From the NCBI GenBank assembly GCA_023419605.1, contig JAEZXR010000119.1, forward strand, positions 1 through 64,000: a stretch of DNA of 64,000 nt, given 5' to 3'. A model generated the notes under the pieces. That model did no database searches, was not told where the DNA came from, and saw nothing but the letters and a program-made list of their open reading frames with translations. Both the position numbers and the translations under genes were made by a program. This DNA is from Bacillota bacterium. Lineage in GTDB: Bacteria > Bacillota > Clostridia > Acetivibrionales > JAEZXR01. Shown one piece after another: positions 47,601-56,470 of the stretch (position 1 is its first letter; each line of letters begins with the position of its first letter).

Positions 47601-49211
47601 ATGAGTACGGCGTCCTTGAGCATAAATAGCCCGATCATCGGTATTTCCTTCGAAAGAATGAATGCAGCAAAGAAAAGAATATCCAGAGCCCGGGAAGAGG
47701 CACAGACAGAGAGGGACAGTGTATCCAGGGCCATCAGCAGCCTGCAGGTGGAAGATGGAAGGCTCAGGCAGCGAGCAGAGGCATTAAACAGCCTGCGAAG
47801 CAGAATGAATCGACAGATATCCGACCAGCAGCGAATGGAAGTGCATCTGGATCATGTAGTGCAAAGGTTCAAGGAGACAGATAACCTGTGTGCCCAGCGG
47901 ATAAAAACGGGTGGTTATGCAGTCAGAAAATCTGTGGGTCTGGGATCTGGCGGCGGGATATTCGGTAATGTCATAGGAGGACTGGTGTCTGTGGTTTCCA
48001 AGGGGATCACGGCGTGGAAAGATACCAATAAGCTGATTGCAGATGGAATCAAGTATGTTTTCCGCAATGAAATAGCGGCGGCAAAATATGCAGCAAAAGC
48101 TATAGGAGATTTCTATGAGAAGCATAAGGTAGTCATAAACAACATCGCTGCCATTGCCTTGGAAGCAGGCGCGATAGCCCTTACCGTGGCAGGAGTTGCA
48201 GCCCTTTCATTAACCGGTGTCGGATTGGTAGTGGCAGTTGGGATTGCAGCAGCCGGTATTGCCTACAGTGCAAGCAATATTGTAGATTCAGGCGTTAAGC
48301 TGTATAATTATTGTACAACAGGAGAAGAAGTGGGCTTTAATCCGCTGGAAAAAGGATTTCAGGCGGCACTTGGAGACGAACTTGGAACTAAGGCTTATAA
48401 TATTACCGGTATAGGAATAGCCGTTGCAGATATTATTTTAGGAGCAGGACTCATAAAGGCAGGAAGACAGGCGATAAAAGCTGCAAAGGCTGGTGAACTT
48501 CTTGATGAAGCGGGGGATATAGCTAAGACAATCGGGAAAGCTGAAGCGGCTGAACTTGCTAAACAAAAAGGCTCCAGATTTAGCCGGTATGTAATGCCTG
48601 AGGTGCGTTCTTTTGAAGATAATATCGATTCGGTGCTAAAAAAGTTAGACGTTGATAAAGAATACTTTAATAGCTTAAGGATGGAAAGAACAGAATTACT
48701 ATCGGAGATGGAAAGAAAGGTAGTACGAGATGTAAGGAATGCCGTTCCACCGATTGAAGAAGGGGTGCTAGTCCAAAAGGTTATTCCTCAGAGTGCCATT
48801 GAAGCCTATCAAAATGGTAGCCAGGCTTGGGCAAAGTCGATAAGGGGTTGTGTAACAAAAGCTGAAGATACAATGGCTTTGGATAACTATAAATCTATTT
48901 TTGATAACTTAAGACTGGACTATCCGGGAACCCGGTTTGGGGAACTGGATGATGCTTGCGGTGTATTAAGATTTCCTGCAAAAGATGGCGGTTGGTTCAA
49001 GACACCGTTTAATCCGGATATGGGCGGGAGCGCGATGGCTTCACAACCGTTTACAGGGAATGGATTTACAAAAAGTATAGAGAAGATAGTTCCGGAATTT
49101 GAAATGGTTGAGCAGGCCATTCCCAGGGGAACGGAGCTCTATAAAGTCACAAAAGATGGAGTAGAGGAGTTTATGGGAGTTTATAATGGAGTAAAATTTA
49201 TATTGCCATAA
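47601..49211 (+). CDS. T7SS-associated polymorphic toxin 1: conserved N-terminal helical domain + glycine-zipper membrane segments + TTGEE pre-toxin motif + unique C-terminal domain
   Basis: The first ~300 aa are about 70% identical to the ORF at 52892, then diverge completely. RBS GGGTGGAGG. Sits downstream of essC and esx genes. Confidence 0.7.
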   Translation: MSTASLSINSPIIGISFERMNAAKKRISRAREEAQTERDSVSRAISSLQVEDGRLRQRAEALNSLRSRMNRQISDQQRMEVHLDHVVQRFKETDNLCAQRIKTGGYAVRKSVGLGSGGGIFGNVIGGLVSVVSKGITAWKDTNKLIADGIKYVFRNEIAAAKYAAKAIGDFYEKHKVVINNIAAIALEAGAIALTVAGVAALSLTGVGLVVAVGIAAAGIAYSASNIVDSGVKLYNYCTTGEEVGFNPLEKGFQAALGDELGTKAYNITGIGIAVADIILGAGLIKAGRQAIKAAKAGELLDEAGDIAKTIGKAEAAELAKQKGSRFSRYVMPEVRSFEDNIDSVLKKLDVDKEYFNSLRMERTELLSEMERKVVRDVRNAVPPIEEGVLVQKVIPQSAIEAYQNGSQAWAKSIRGCVTKAEDTMALDNYKSIFDNLRLDYPGTRFGELDDACGVLRFPAKDGGWFKTPFNPDMGGSAMASQPFTGNGFTKSIEKIVPEFEMVEQAIPRGTELYKVTKDGVEEFMGVYNGVKFILP

Positions 49212-49225
49212 TAGGAGGTAATCAG

Positions 49226-49630
49226 ATGAAAGAAGGTAGCTATGCAGTTTACAAAGGAAAGATTTATGAGGCTGACCTGTCAACAGATCCAAAGGAAAAG
49301 GGGCTGATCATGCTGATCTCATATGATGAATCGGACTTAAACAATGGTTTCGTCAGGGATAGGATATTTGGCATAATTAAAAATGTTAGAAGGGATGAAT
49401 TAACTACCGCATATTATCTTCAAACCTATGCTAAAGTTCAAGGCGTTAGTGTTAAAGTCACCGAGATACAGGGAGATAACATCTACATATATTCGAACGA
49501 TTACAATACTTTTCAGAAGTTGGGTATGGAGCAGTACGAGCCCCTTGTATACCATAAATGGATAAAGAAGGATGCTGTTGAGACAATGTGGGAGGAAAAG
49601 AAGCCGATTTGGGGTTTCATGAATGCATAG
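49226..49630 (+). CDS. Candidate immunity protein for toxin 1 (134 aa)
   Basis: Starts 15 nt after the toxin stop and has an AGGAGG RBS. Small acidic cytoplasmic protein; the call rests on position only. Confidence 0.45.
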   Translation: MKEGSYAVYKGKIYEADLSTDPKEKGLIMLISYDESDLNNGFVRDRIFGIIKNVRRDELTTAYYLQTYAKVQGVSVKVTEIQGDNIYIYSNDYNTFQKLGMEQYEPLVYHKWIKKDAVETMWEEKKPIWGFMNA

Positions 49631-49642
49631 AGAAGGTGCTGC

Positions 49643-49969
49643 ATGGTTCAACAATATGAAAATGAATTTTCTATAGGCTCAAAGGATGGAGAAATATTAT
49701 TTTACGAAGATAAAAGCTGCAAGATTAATTTTACAGTGATTGATTTCAGAGATTCCGTATTATGGATTGCCGTTGAAAAAACAGTGGAAAAAGCAAGCGA
49801 TGAAGAACGAAAGCTTTCAAAAGAGCAAAAATTCGAATTCTACAGGCGCTTGGCTTCCTACTTCAAATTACATGGCTTTAATAGCGGGATCTGTGTGGAT
49901 GACTTTAAAGAGGTCATTCAGGAGGATATGGAAAATATAGATTGTACCAGGGACATATTGGAACTATGA
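49643..49969 (+). CDS. Small hypothetical protein (108 aa), possible immunity or orphan module
   Basis: Tightly packed after the previous gene; no recognisable motifs. Confidence 0.4.
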   Translation: MVQQYENEFSIGSKDGEILFYEDKSCKINFTVIDFRDSVLWIAVEKTVEKASDEERKLSKEQKFEFYRRLASYFKLHGFNSGICVDDFKEVIQEDMENIDCTRDILEL

Positions 49970-49987
49970 TCATTAGCTGGAGGGAAT

Positions 49988-50539
49988 ATGGTAAAAGTAA
50001 CAACGGAACTGTGTGAAGACCAGATAGAAATGGGCTGGAAATATATAAGCTTTTCCAGGGAGAAAGAAAAATTAGTATTCTTAGTCGAGCCAATGATGAA
50101 TAAGGAAGATATCGCTTATATACCTGGTGATAATGCATGGAAAGAAAGCGCGCCCTATTGGGCCAAGGACAAAAAGGAAGAAATATTGCGTACAATAAAG
50201 TCGGTACCATGGAATCGCAGGATACAGTGGATAGAGGATGAGGATACGCTAATTACAGCGGTTCCGAGAGAAAAAAGTCCGTTATTGAAGGGCACCCTGG
50301 AAACAACGGAGGCAGGACAGGAGTTTTTGAAGTTGAATTTATTTGATCCCGGATCGGAAATACCCTTTGAACAGGTTCATGAGTTGTGGCGCGTTCTGGA
50401 GAAAAGATTTGCGGAGCAAGTCCGGGGTGAAGTTACAATTTACGCCAGTACAATCGTTGAAGGTAGTGTTTTTGAAGGCGTTTCGCTGCCTGTGTTGATG
50501 GAAAATAAAAACGCAGTTTTAACGATAGTAGGAAATTGA
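49988..50539 (+). CDS. Hypothetical protein (183 aa)
   Basis: Clean ORF with a GGAGGG RBS and acidic composition. Confidence 0.45.
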   Translation: MVKVTTELCEDQIEMGWKYISFSREKEKLVFLVEPMMNKEDIAYIPGDNAWKESAPYWAKDKKEEILRTIKSVPWNRRIQWIEDEDTLITAVPREKSPLLKGTLETTEAGQEFLKLNLFDPGSEIPFEQVHELWRVLEKRFAEQVRGEVTIYASTIVEGSVFEGVSLPVLMENKNAVLTIVGN

Positions 50540-50787
50540 GAACAGGGAAGTCGGTTATTTTATTTATTTCTTGTAAACCCGTAGTATCACGTTGTTAATA
50601 GTAAGAGTTACTGCTTTATTTCTTATGCTGTTAATTTTGCGATTTTAGCAGTTGTCAGAAGAGATGAAGGCAATAGCTTTATTTTATGATTCCATTTTTT
50701 AAAATATTTTCAATATAAAGGCTGTGAAGATGAACATTATTATTTTATATAAATGCAGTTCCAAAAAATGTAAAGGGGATGATAAAA

Positions 50788-51153
50788 GTGAACCGTTACC
50801 AGATAAAGTCCAGTATCAACGGAGCGAATAATGCCATTGGGCATATTCGGCAAGCAATCAATCATGCCGGGCAGGAAAGCGGTTTTTTGCGTGACGCCTC
50901 CGTGGAAATCCAGAATGGATATAAGGGTGCGTCAAGTGCCGGCATCAGTGAGAAAATCACAAGCTACAGCAGAGAAACAAGCAATCAATCCAATGAGATG
51001 TCCAACGAAATACGAAGCATACAGTCTATTGTCAGTGATCTTCAATATCTTGACAGACAGTTGGAAGAACAGGAAAGAAGGGAAAGAGAAGCACGGGAAA
51101 GAGCTGCAAGAGAAGCCAGAGAAAAAGCGGGAGGACTAAGCTATGGACGCTGA
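50788..51153 (+). CDS. Small helical protein with C-terminal RERE repeat (possible T7SS Lap-like accessory)
   Basis: GTG start 9 nt after GGGGA. About 120 aa helical protein ending in EEQERREREARERAAREAREKAGG. Overlaps the following TPR gene. Confidence 0.45.
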   Translation: MNRYQIKSSINGANNAIGHIRQAINHAGQESGFLRDASVEIQNGYKGASSAGISEKITSYSRETSNQSNEMSNEIRSIQSIVSDLQYLDRQLEEQERREREARERAAREAREKAGGLSYGR

Positions 51154-52498
51154 GGTGAAAAAACTAAGTGCAGAGGAATTAAATAAAATGGGACTGGTTT
51201 TGATGCAGGCCGAGCAAGTGGAGGAAGCATTAAAATACTTTAACAGAGCTCTTGAAGCGGATTCGGAATATTTACAATCCTATTATAATAAAGCAATGCT
51301 CTATTTAGTTACGGAAGAGTATGATGAAGCCCTGGCGTGCTATGATGAAATTTTGTGCAAAGATCCAAAACAAGGGGAAGCGTGCTATCATAAAGCCAAT
51401 CTGTTATTTTTCTACAAGGAAAATAGCAAGGAAGCGGTGGAGTTATATAACAAAGCCATTTGTCTAGGTGAAAAAAATGAAGACATTTACTATAACCTGG
51501 GATTATGCATGGAAGCTTCCGCTCTGAATGAAGAGGCACTTAAATGGGTTGAAAGAGCAAGCAGAATCAATGAAAAGCGAACCGATATTTTGTTAAAGAA
51601 ATCAGAATTGCTGACTTCATTGAAAAGATATGAAGAAGCCATCGAGTGCTATGATCAAGTGCTGATGATTGAATCGGATAACGAAGAGGCTTTCCATTTT
51701 AAGGCCATCCTTCTGGGAGAGACGAAGCGGACGGAGGAAGCTTTTACGGTATTGGATAAAGCTGCGGAAATCATTGGGGACAAGGCGATATTCGAATATG
51801 ACAGAGCCTTGCTTTATGAAAACCAGGGTCAATATGAAGAAGCTTTATCCGCCGTAGATAAGGGATTGGAGCTCGATGACCGCAATACCCTGCTGATCGT
51901 AAAGAAGGGATCACTGCTTGCCATGGCCGGCAATTATGAAGGAGCCAAGAACGTGTTCGATAAGGTTTCAGAAATAGAGCCGGAAAATGTCGAGGGAGAG
52001 TTCAATAAGGCAAGTATACATATTTTGTTGAAGGAATTTGAAGAAGCGGACAAGCTATTTGAAGCCATCCTCCAAAAGTGTCCGGATGAAAATCCCTATA
52101 AAATTAATTCCTATTATTACAAAGGCCTTGTGCTTCAAGGGGCGGGCAAATCCCAAGAGGCTAAAAAAGCCTATGAAACGGCGCTAACGAACTATAGTGT
52201 CCTTTCTCTTACTTACACGCACGATGCACAGCTTATGCTTCTGAAGGCAAATACCCTCAGGGACCTGCAGAGGTATCAGGAGGCGGAAGAGCTGTATGAA
52301 TATGTCATTGACCTGAATAAAGATATGGCGGAAGCGCATCTCATGCGGGCAAAAAATTATATTTACCTTGGGAAATTGAAGGAAGGGAAAAAGGAAATTG
52401 ATCTTGCATTGGCCATAAATCCGGCCTATAAGGGTATTGTTGAAATTGATGAAGAGTTAAAAAGGGTTTTTAACAGCCATGAATTTGGGAAGGTGTAA
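51143..52498 (+). CDS. Tetratricopeptide-repeat (TPR) protein
   Basis: About 12 tandem 34-aa repeats with W/LG/Y/A/F/A/P spacing (e.g. AMLYLVTEEYDEALACYDEIL). RBS GGGAGGA. Confidence 0.8.
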   Translation: MDAEVKKLSAEELNKMGLVLMQAEQVEEALKYFNRALEADSEYLQSYYNKAMLYLVTEEYDEALACYDEILCKDPKQGEACYHKANLLFFYKENSKEAVELYNKAICLGEKNEDIYYNLGLCMEASALNEEALKWVERASRINEKRTDILLKKSELLTSLKRYEEAIECYDQVLMIESDNEEAFHFKAILLGETKRTEEAFTVLDKAAEIIGDKAIFEYDRALLYENQGQYEEALSAVDKGLELDDRNTLLIVKKGSLLAMAGNYEGAKNVFDKVSEIEPENVEGEFNKASIHILLKEFEEADKLFEAILQKCPDENPYKINSYYYKGLVLQGAGKSQEAKKAYETALTNYSVLSLTYTHDAQLMLLKANTLRDLQRYQEAEELYEYVIDLNKDMAEAHLMRAKNYIYLGKLKEGKKEIDLALAINPAYKGIVEIDEELKRVFNSHEFGKV

Positions 52499-52791
52499 TG
52501 ATGGATAAGATTGAGATCGATATTTCAAAAATACGGGACACCGTGACATTGTACAGGAGTTGCAGGACTGAATTGGAGGAAATGCTTAAGGACCTGAATG
52601 CCAGCATTGAGAAGTTAAAAGCCAATTGGGAGGGGGAGGCTCAGAAGAGTTTTTTTGAAAATCATTTCCCGACATTTTCCGATAGCGTAGCGAAGCACAT
52701 AAGGATGATCGCTTTTCTTGAAGGAGAGCTCCAGTCCACGGCAAATGACTTCCAGGACCTGGACAGAGAGCTACGGTCAAAGCTCCTTTAA
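52498..52791 (+). CDS. WXG100-like small helical protein (NWEGEA motif)
   Basis: 97 aa; WxG lies between two helices. The start overlaps the TPR stop (TAATG). Confidence 0.6.
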   Translation: MMDKIEIDISKIRDTVTLYRSCRTELEEMLKDLNASIEKLKANWEGEAQKSFFENHFPTFSDSVAKHIRMIAFLEGELQSTANDFQDLDRELRSKLL

Positions 52792-52891
52792 AAATGTTTA
52801 TTGGCATAGTTAATGAAATAAGGCTATTAAAGCTTTTTAAGCAGTATGGAGGATGCCAGGTAGCCTGGCATGTAATGGGTGGGGGATGAGA

Positions 52892-54412
52892 ATGAGTGGA
52901 GCAGCTTTAAGCATGAACAGTTCAATCATAGGTATATCCTTCGACAGAATGAATGCAGCAAAGAAAAAAATATACAGAGCACAAGAAGAAGCACAAGGGG
53001 AGCGGGACAGCCTGTCAAGGGCCATCAGCAGTCTGCAGGTAGAGGATGGCAGGCTCAGGCAGAGAGCAGAAGCACTAAACAGGCTGCGCAGCAGGATAAA
53101 TAACCGAATGGCTGAACTGCAAAGAATGGGAAACCATGTAGAATATGCAGTGCAAAGATTCAAGGAAGTGGATAACCAACGGGCGCAGAAGATAAAGACA
53201 GGAGGCTGTGAAGTCAGAAAAGCTGTGGGTATTCCCAAGGAAAGTGGAATATTCGGCAATATCGTCAGCGGCTTGGTTTCTATTGTTGATAGGGGAGCAA
53301 GGGCATGGTACAATACAAATAAGGCAGTGATCGATGGGGCCAAGTTTGTCTTTGGCAAGGGATGGGAAGCTATAAAATATGGTGCAAAAGCGGTAGGAGA
53401 TTTCTATGAGGATCATAAGGTGCTGATCAACAACATCGCTACCATTGCACTGGAAGCAGCATCGATCGCGCTGACAGTGGCAGCCGTTACCGCTCTTTCG
53501 GTAACGGGTGTGGGATTGGTGGTGGCTGTGGGGATTGCAGCAGCCGGGATCGCATACAGTGCCAGCAACATCATCGATTCAGGCGTTAAAATCTATAATT
53601 ATTGTACAACCGGTGAGGAGAAAGGCTTTAACCCGCTGCAAAAGGGATTCCAGGCAGTGCTGGGCGACGAGCTGGGTGAGAAGGTATATAATTATGCCGG
53701 TATCGCTGTGGCTGTGGCAGATGTGGGCGCCGGGGCTGTCAGCATGCTAAAGGCGGCCAAGCAGGCAAAGACTGCCTTTAGCCTTACAAAATCGGTGAAA
53801 GAAGCGGGCAATGTTCTAAAAGAGTTCGGGCAAAAAGGGGTACAGCAACTGAAGAATACGGCAAAGGAGATGATCGAGAGCGGGAGCCAGCTGTTTAAAA
53901 AGTCTGAAAGTTTGGTAGATGCGGCTACAGGGACCAGGTTCTCCGATAAAATGCTGGATTTTGGCAAGGTTGATATGCCTGTGGTGAAGGAGACCCCGGT
54001 ACAAAGTAACTTTAAGGCTGTCATGAATGGGTCGGATACGGGAGTAAGTAAGGTTAACAGCAAAATAGAGATTGTTGATAAAAATAATAAAACTTTCAAA
54101 ATAAATGATTGGAGTGACTACCCTGACGATTATGTTCCTTTGCCAGATAAAAATAAAACTTGGGAGTTACTTGAGGGAGATGCCTATAACGATGCAAGAA
54201 AAGCAGCCAATAATGCAAATGCTAAAATTACTAAGCAAAATCCTGACATCAGAGCAAACGAACTTGAGATTCATGAGGTAGAACCTGTTAAATTTGGGGG
54301 AAGTCCGACTGACCTTGCTAATAAAGTAGGCATTCAAGGAAAGGCACATAGAAAATATGTTACCCCTTGGTGGAATAGAATCAGGGATGCTGTCAAAGAG
54401 GAACTGAAATAA
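52892..54412 (+). CDS. T7SS-associated polymorphic toxin 2: same N-terminal module as toxin 1, C-terminal HNH/beta-beta-alpha-Me-type nuclease domain
   Basis: N-terminal 300 aa are paralogous to 47601-49211. The C-terminus LEIHEVEPVKFGGSPTDLANKVGIQGKAHRKYVTPWWN fits the H..E..P...GG.....N.......H pattern of an HNH-like nuclease. Confidence 0.72.
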   Translation: MSGAALSMNSSIIGISFDRMNAAKKKIYRAQEEAQGERDSLSRAISSLQVEDGRLRQRAEALNRLRSRINNRMAELQRMGNHVEYAVQRFKEVDNQRAQKIKTGGCEVRKAVGIPKESGIFGNIVSGLVSIVDRGARAWYNTNKAVIDGAKFVFGKGWEAIKYGAKAVGDFYEDHKVLINNIATIALEAASIALTVAAVTALSVTGVGLVVAVGIAAAGIAYSASNIIDSGVKIYNYCTTGEEKGFNPLQKGFQAVLGDELGEKVYNYAGIAVAVADVGAGAVSMLKAAKQAKTAFSLTKSVKEAGNVLKEFGQKGVQQLKNTAKEMIESGSQLFKKSESLVDAATGTRFSDKMLDFGKVDMPVVKETPVQSNFKAVMNGSDTGVSKVNSKIEIVDKNNKTFKINDWSDYPDDYVPLPDKNKTWELLEGDAYNDARKAANNANAKITKQNPDIRANELEIHEVEPVKFGGSPTDLANKVGIQGKAHRKYVTPWWNRIRDAVKEELK

Positions 54413-54431
54413 AAAGGAAGGATGTAGATGC

Positions 54432-54851
54432 ATGGATTATAAAAGTAATAAATACTTTAAAGATCTTGATTTTGGTAATCATCATCCTATTACAATTGAA
54501 GATTTGAACGAAGTCGAAGATGCTGTGGGGATTAGTTTCCCACAGCAGTACAGAGAATTTATGCTATTTTCTAATGGTGCAGTTGGTGAAATTGGTAACA
54601 GCTATTTAACCATATGGGAACTTGAAGATGTTCAGGATTTTTATGAAGATTGCTGTGAAGGTGATTTGGCTAATATAGTTCTATTTTCATCTGATGGTGC
54701 AAAGGTCGGCTATGGGTTTGATAAAAGCAAAAGTGGAACTATTGTTTCAGTACCGTTAGATTCACTTGAAATGGACTATGTAGAATTTTGTGCCAATACA
54801 TTTGAGGAATTTATGGAATATTTATATAATTATAACTGGGATGAAGAATAG
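54432..54851 (+). CDS. SUKH/SMI1-KNR4 family immunity protein
   Basis: ISFPQQYREFMLFSNG motif (FP..Y..FL..NG) and about 140 aa size; lies directly after the toxin with an AAAGGAAGG RBS. Confidence 0.75.
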   Translation: MDYKSNKYFKDLDFGNHHPITIEDLNEVEDAVGISFPQQYREFMLFSNGAVGEIGNSYLTIWELEDVQDFYEDCCEGDLANIVLFSSDGAKVGYGFDKSKSGTIVSVPLDSLEMDYVEFCANTFEEFMEYLYNYNWDEE

Positions 54852-54888
54852 CTTTAGAAATTATCAACCGAAGGGTGAAGGTGCTAAT

Positions 54889-55137
54889 ATGAGTAGTGAA
54901 AAACAGCATAACGCATACGATGAAGCAAAAAAAAATTGTAACATTGCAAATAGGCAATTAAGAAAAAATGACCTAACTTTAAAAGGATTGCAAATACACG
55001 AAATCGAGCCTATAAAGCTTGGGGGCAGTCCTACTGATACATCAAATAAAGCTTTTCTTCCTCGTGATAAACACGCAAAGGTAGTTGTATGGTGGAACAA
55101 AAAGATAAGAGAAGTTAGGAAAAGTATGGGGGAATAA
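54889..55137 (+). CDS. Orphan HNH-like toxin C-terminal cassette (82 aa)
   Basis: NAYDEAKKNCNIANRQLRKNDLTLKGLQIHEIEPIKLGGSPTDTSNKAFLPRDKHAKVVVWWN is homologous to the last ~85 aa of toxin 2. Own RBS AAGGGTGAAGG. The longer ORF from 54790 overlaps the upstream immunity gene. Confidence 0.5.
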   Translation: MSSEKQHNAYDEAKKNCNIANRQLRKNDLTLKGLQIHEIEPIKLGGSPTDTSNKAFLPRDKHAKVVVWWNKKIREVRKSMGE

Positions 55138-55139
55138 GA

Positions 55140-55553
55140 GTGGATAATAAGTACGGTAATCTGTTAGACAAAATTGAGTTGAATCTTCCCTGCTCCATGG
55201 AAGCTATTAAAGAAGTAGAAAAAAATCTTGGATTTACTTTTCCAAAGGATTACTTGGACTTTCTTCTAACAAGTAACGGGGGCGAAGGCTGGGTGGGAGA
55301 AGATTCGTATCTGTCACTATGGAAAGTAGATGAAATTGTGGCTTTAAATGAAGCATATGAGGTAAGTGAGTTTGCTCCAGGCCTTATACTATTTGGCTCA
55401 GATGGAGGGTTAGATGCCTATGGGTTTGATATAAGGGATGAGAGTACGGCAATAGTTGAAATACCATTTATAGGTATGGATTTAAGGGAAGTAAAGAATT
55501 GTGGAAACACTTTTGTGGAGTTCTTAGAGTATTTATTACACAGAGGTTTTTAA
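55140..55553 (+). CDS. SUKH/SMI1-KNR4 family immunity protein
   Basis: FTFPKDYLDFLLTSNGGEG motif; 137 aa. Confidence 0.75.
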   Translation: MDNKYGNLLDKIELNLPCSMEAIKEVEKNLGFTFPKDYLDFLLTSNGGEGWVGEDSYLSLWKVDEIVALNEAYEVSEFAPGLILFGSDGGLDAYGFDIRDESTAIVEIPFIGMDLREVKNCGNTFVEFLEYLLHRGF

Positions 55554-55556
55554 TCC

Positions 55557-55979
55557 GTGTGGGAAAAACTATTGTCGGATATTAGAAAAGTCGAGGAAAA
55601 ATACGGGGATTCCCTTAATACTCCAGCGTCAAACGAGCAAATCGAGCTTTTAAAAAAAATAGTTAAGGAAAAGTTTGGTCACGTTTTACCTGAGCAATAT
55701 GTCAATTTTTTAAAAACGGTTAATGGGCTTGAATTTAACGGGTTTATATTCTATGGAGTTGATAGTTCATTGCTTGAGGTTCAAAATAATCAAACAGCTT
55801 ATGGATATGTTGATACAAATGAAATTTGGTACGAAAATGAACATCAAAAGCAATATATGTTTTTTGGAGAAAGTAATATAAGCGGGGATTGCTTTGATTT
55901 ATCAAACGGAGTTTATGTTGAACTTGATAACCCATTAGGGACATTAATGTATACATTTAATGATTTTAACTCTATATAG
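55557..55979 (+). CDS. SUKH-superfamily immunity protein (third copy)
   Basis: HVLPEQYVNFLKTVNGLEFNG motif; 140 aa; GTG start 3 nt after the previous stop. Confidence 0.65.
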   Translation: MWEKLLSDIRKVEEKYGDSLNTPASNEQIELLKKIVKEKFGHVLPEQYVNFLKTVNGLEFNGFIFYGVDSSLLEVQNNQTAYGYVDTNEIWYENEHQKQYMFFGESNISGDCFDLSNGVYVELDNPLGTLMYTFNDFNSI

Positions 55980-56470
55980 GGAAAGGCACTTAAAGACAGT
56001 CTTCTTTGATAAAGTGCAACCAAGAAAGTAAATATATCAGACAAAGTCTTAATGGAGATATTCTCCATTGAGACTTTGTTTATTACTCCCATTGGCAAAA
56101 CGTTCAAAGCCGAAAATTCCCTTTATTAAATAGATAACAGGGATTTCTTTTAAATAATTACAAACTATTACAAAAAATGGTATTTAACAATAATTTTCAC
56201 AAAAAACTGGTCCATAAAAAACATTATTTATCGAAATTTGTCCAAAATAGCTTGACATAAATGCAAGTTTTTGGTAATGTATTTATAAGGACAAATGTTG
56301 ATGAAATCTCAGAAGCACTTGCTAACTGTAGTTTTAGTTAACAGTGTTCTATTCAAAAAAGCAGTAATGAATCTTTATTTATCTATGACCCGGAGGGTCT
56401 TCAAATATAAATGTCACCACACCGAATAGTTCTAAAGTGAATGATTGTTTTGATCAGGGAGTGGAATGTC

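Noticed and set aside
54790-54888. Long ORF start for the orphan toxin cassette
   Set aside because: It overlaps the 3' end of the SUKH immunity gene in another frame. Homology to the toxin 2 tip starts only after the internal ATG at 54889, which has its own RBS.
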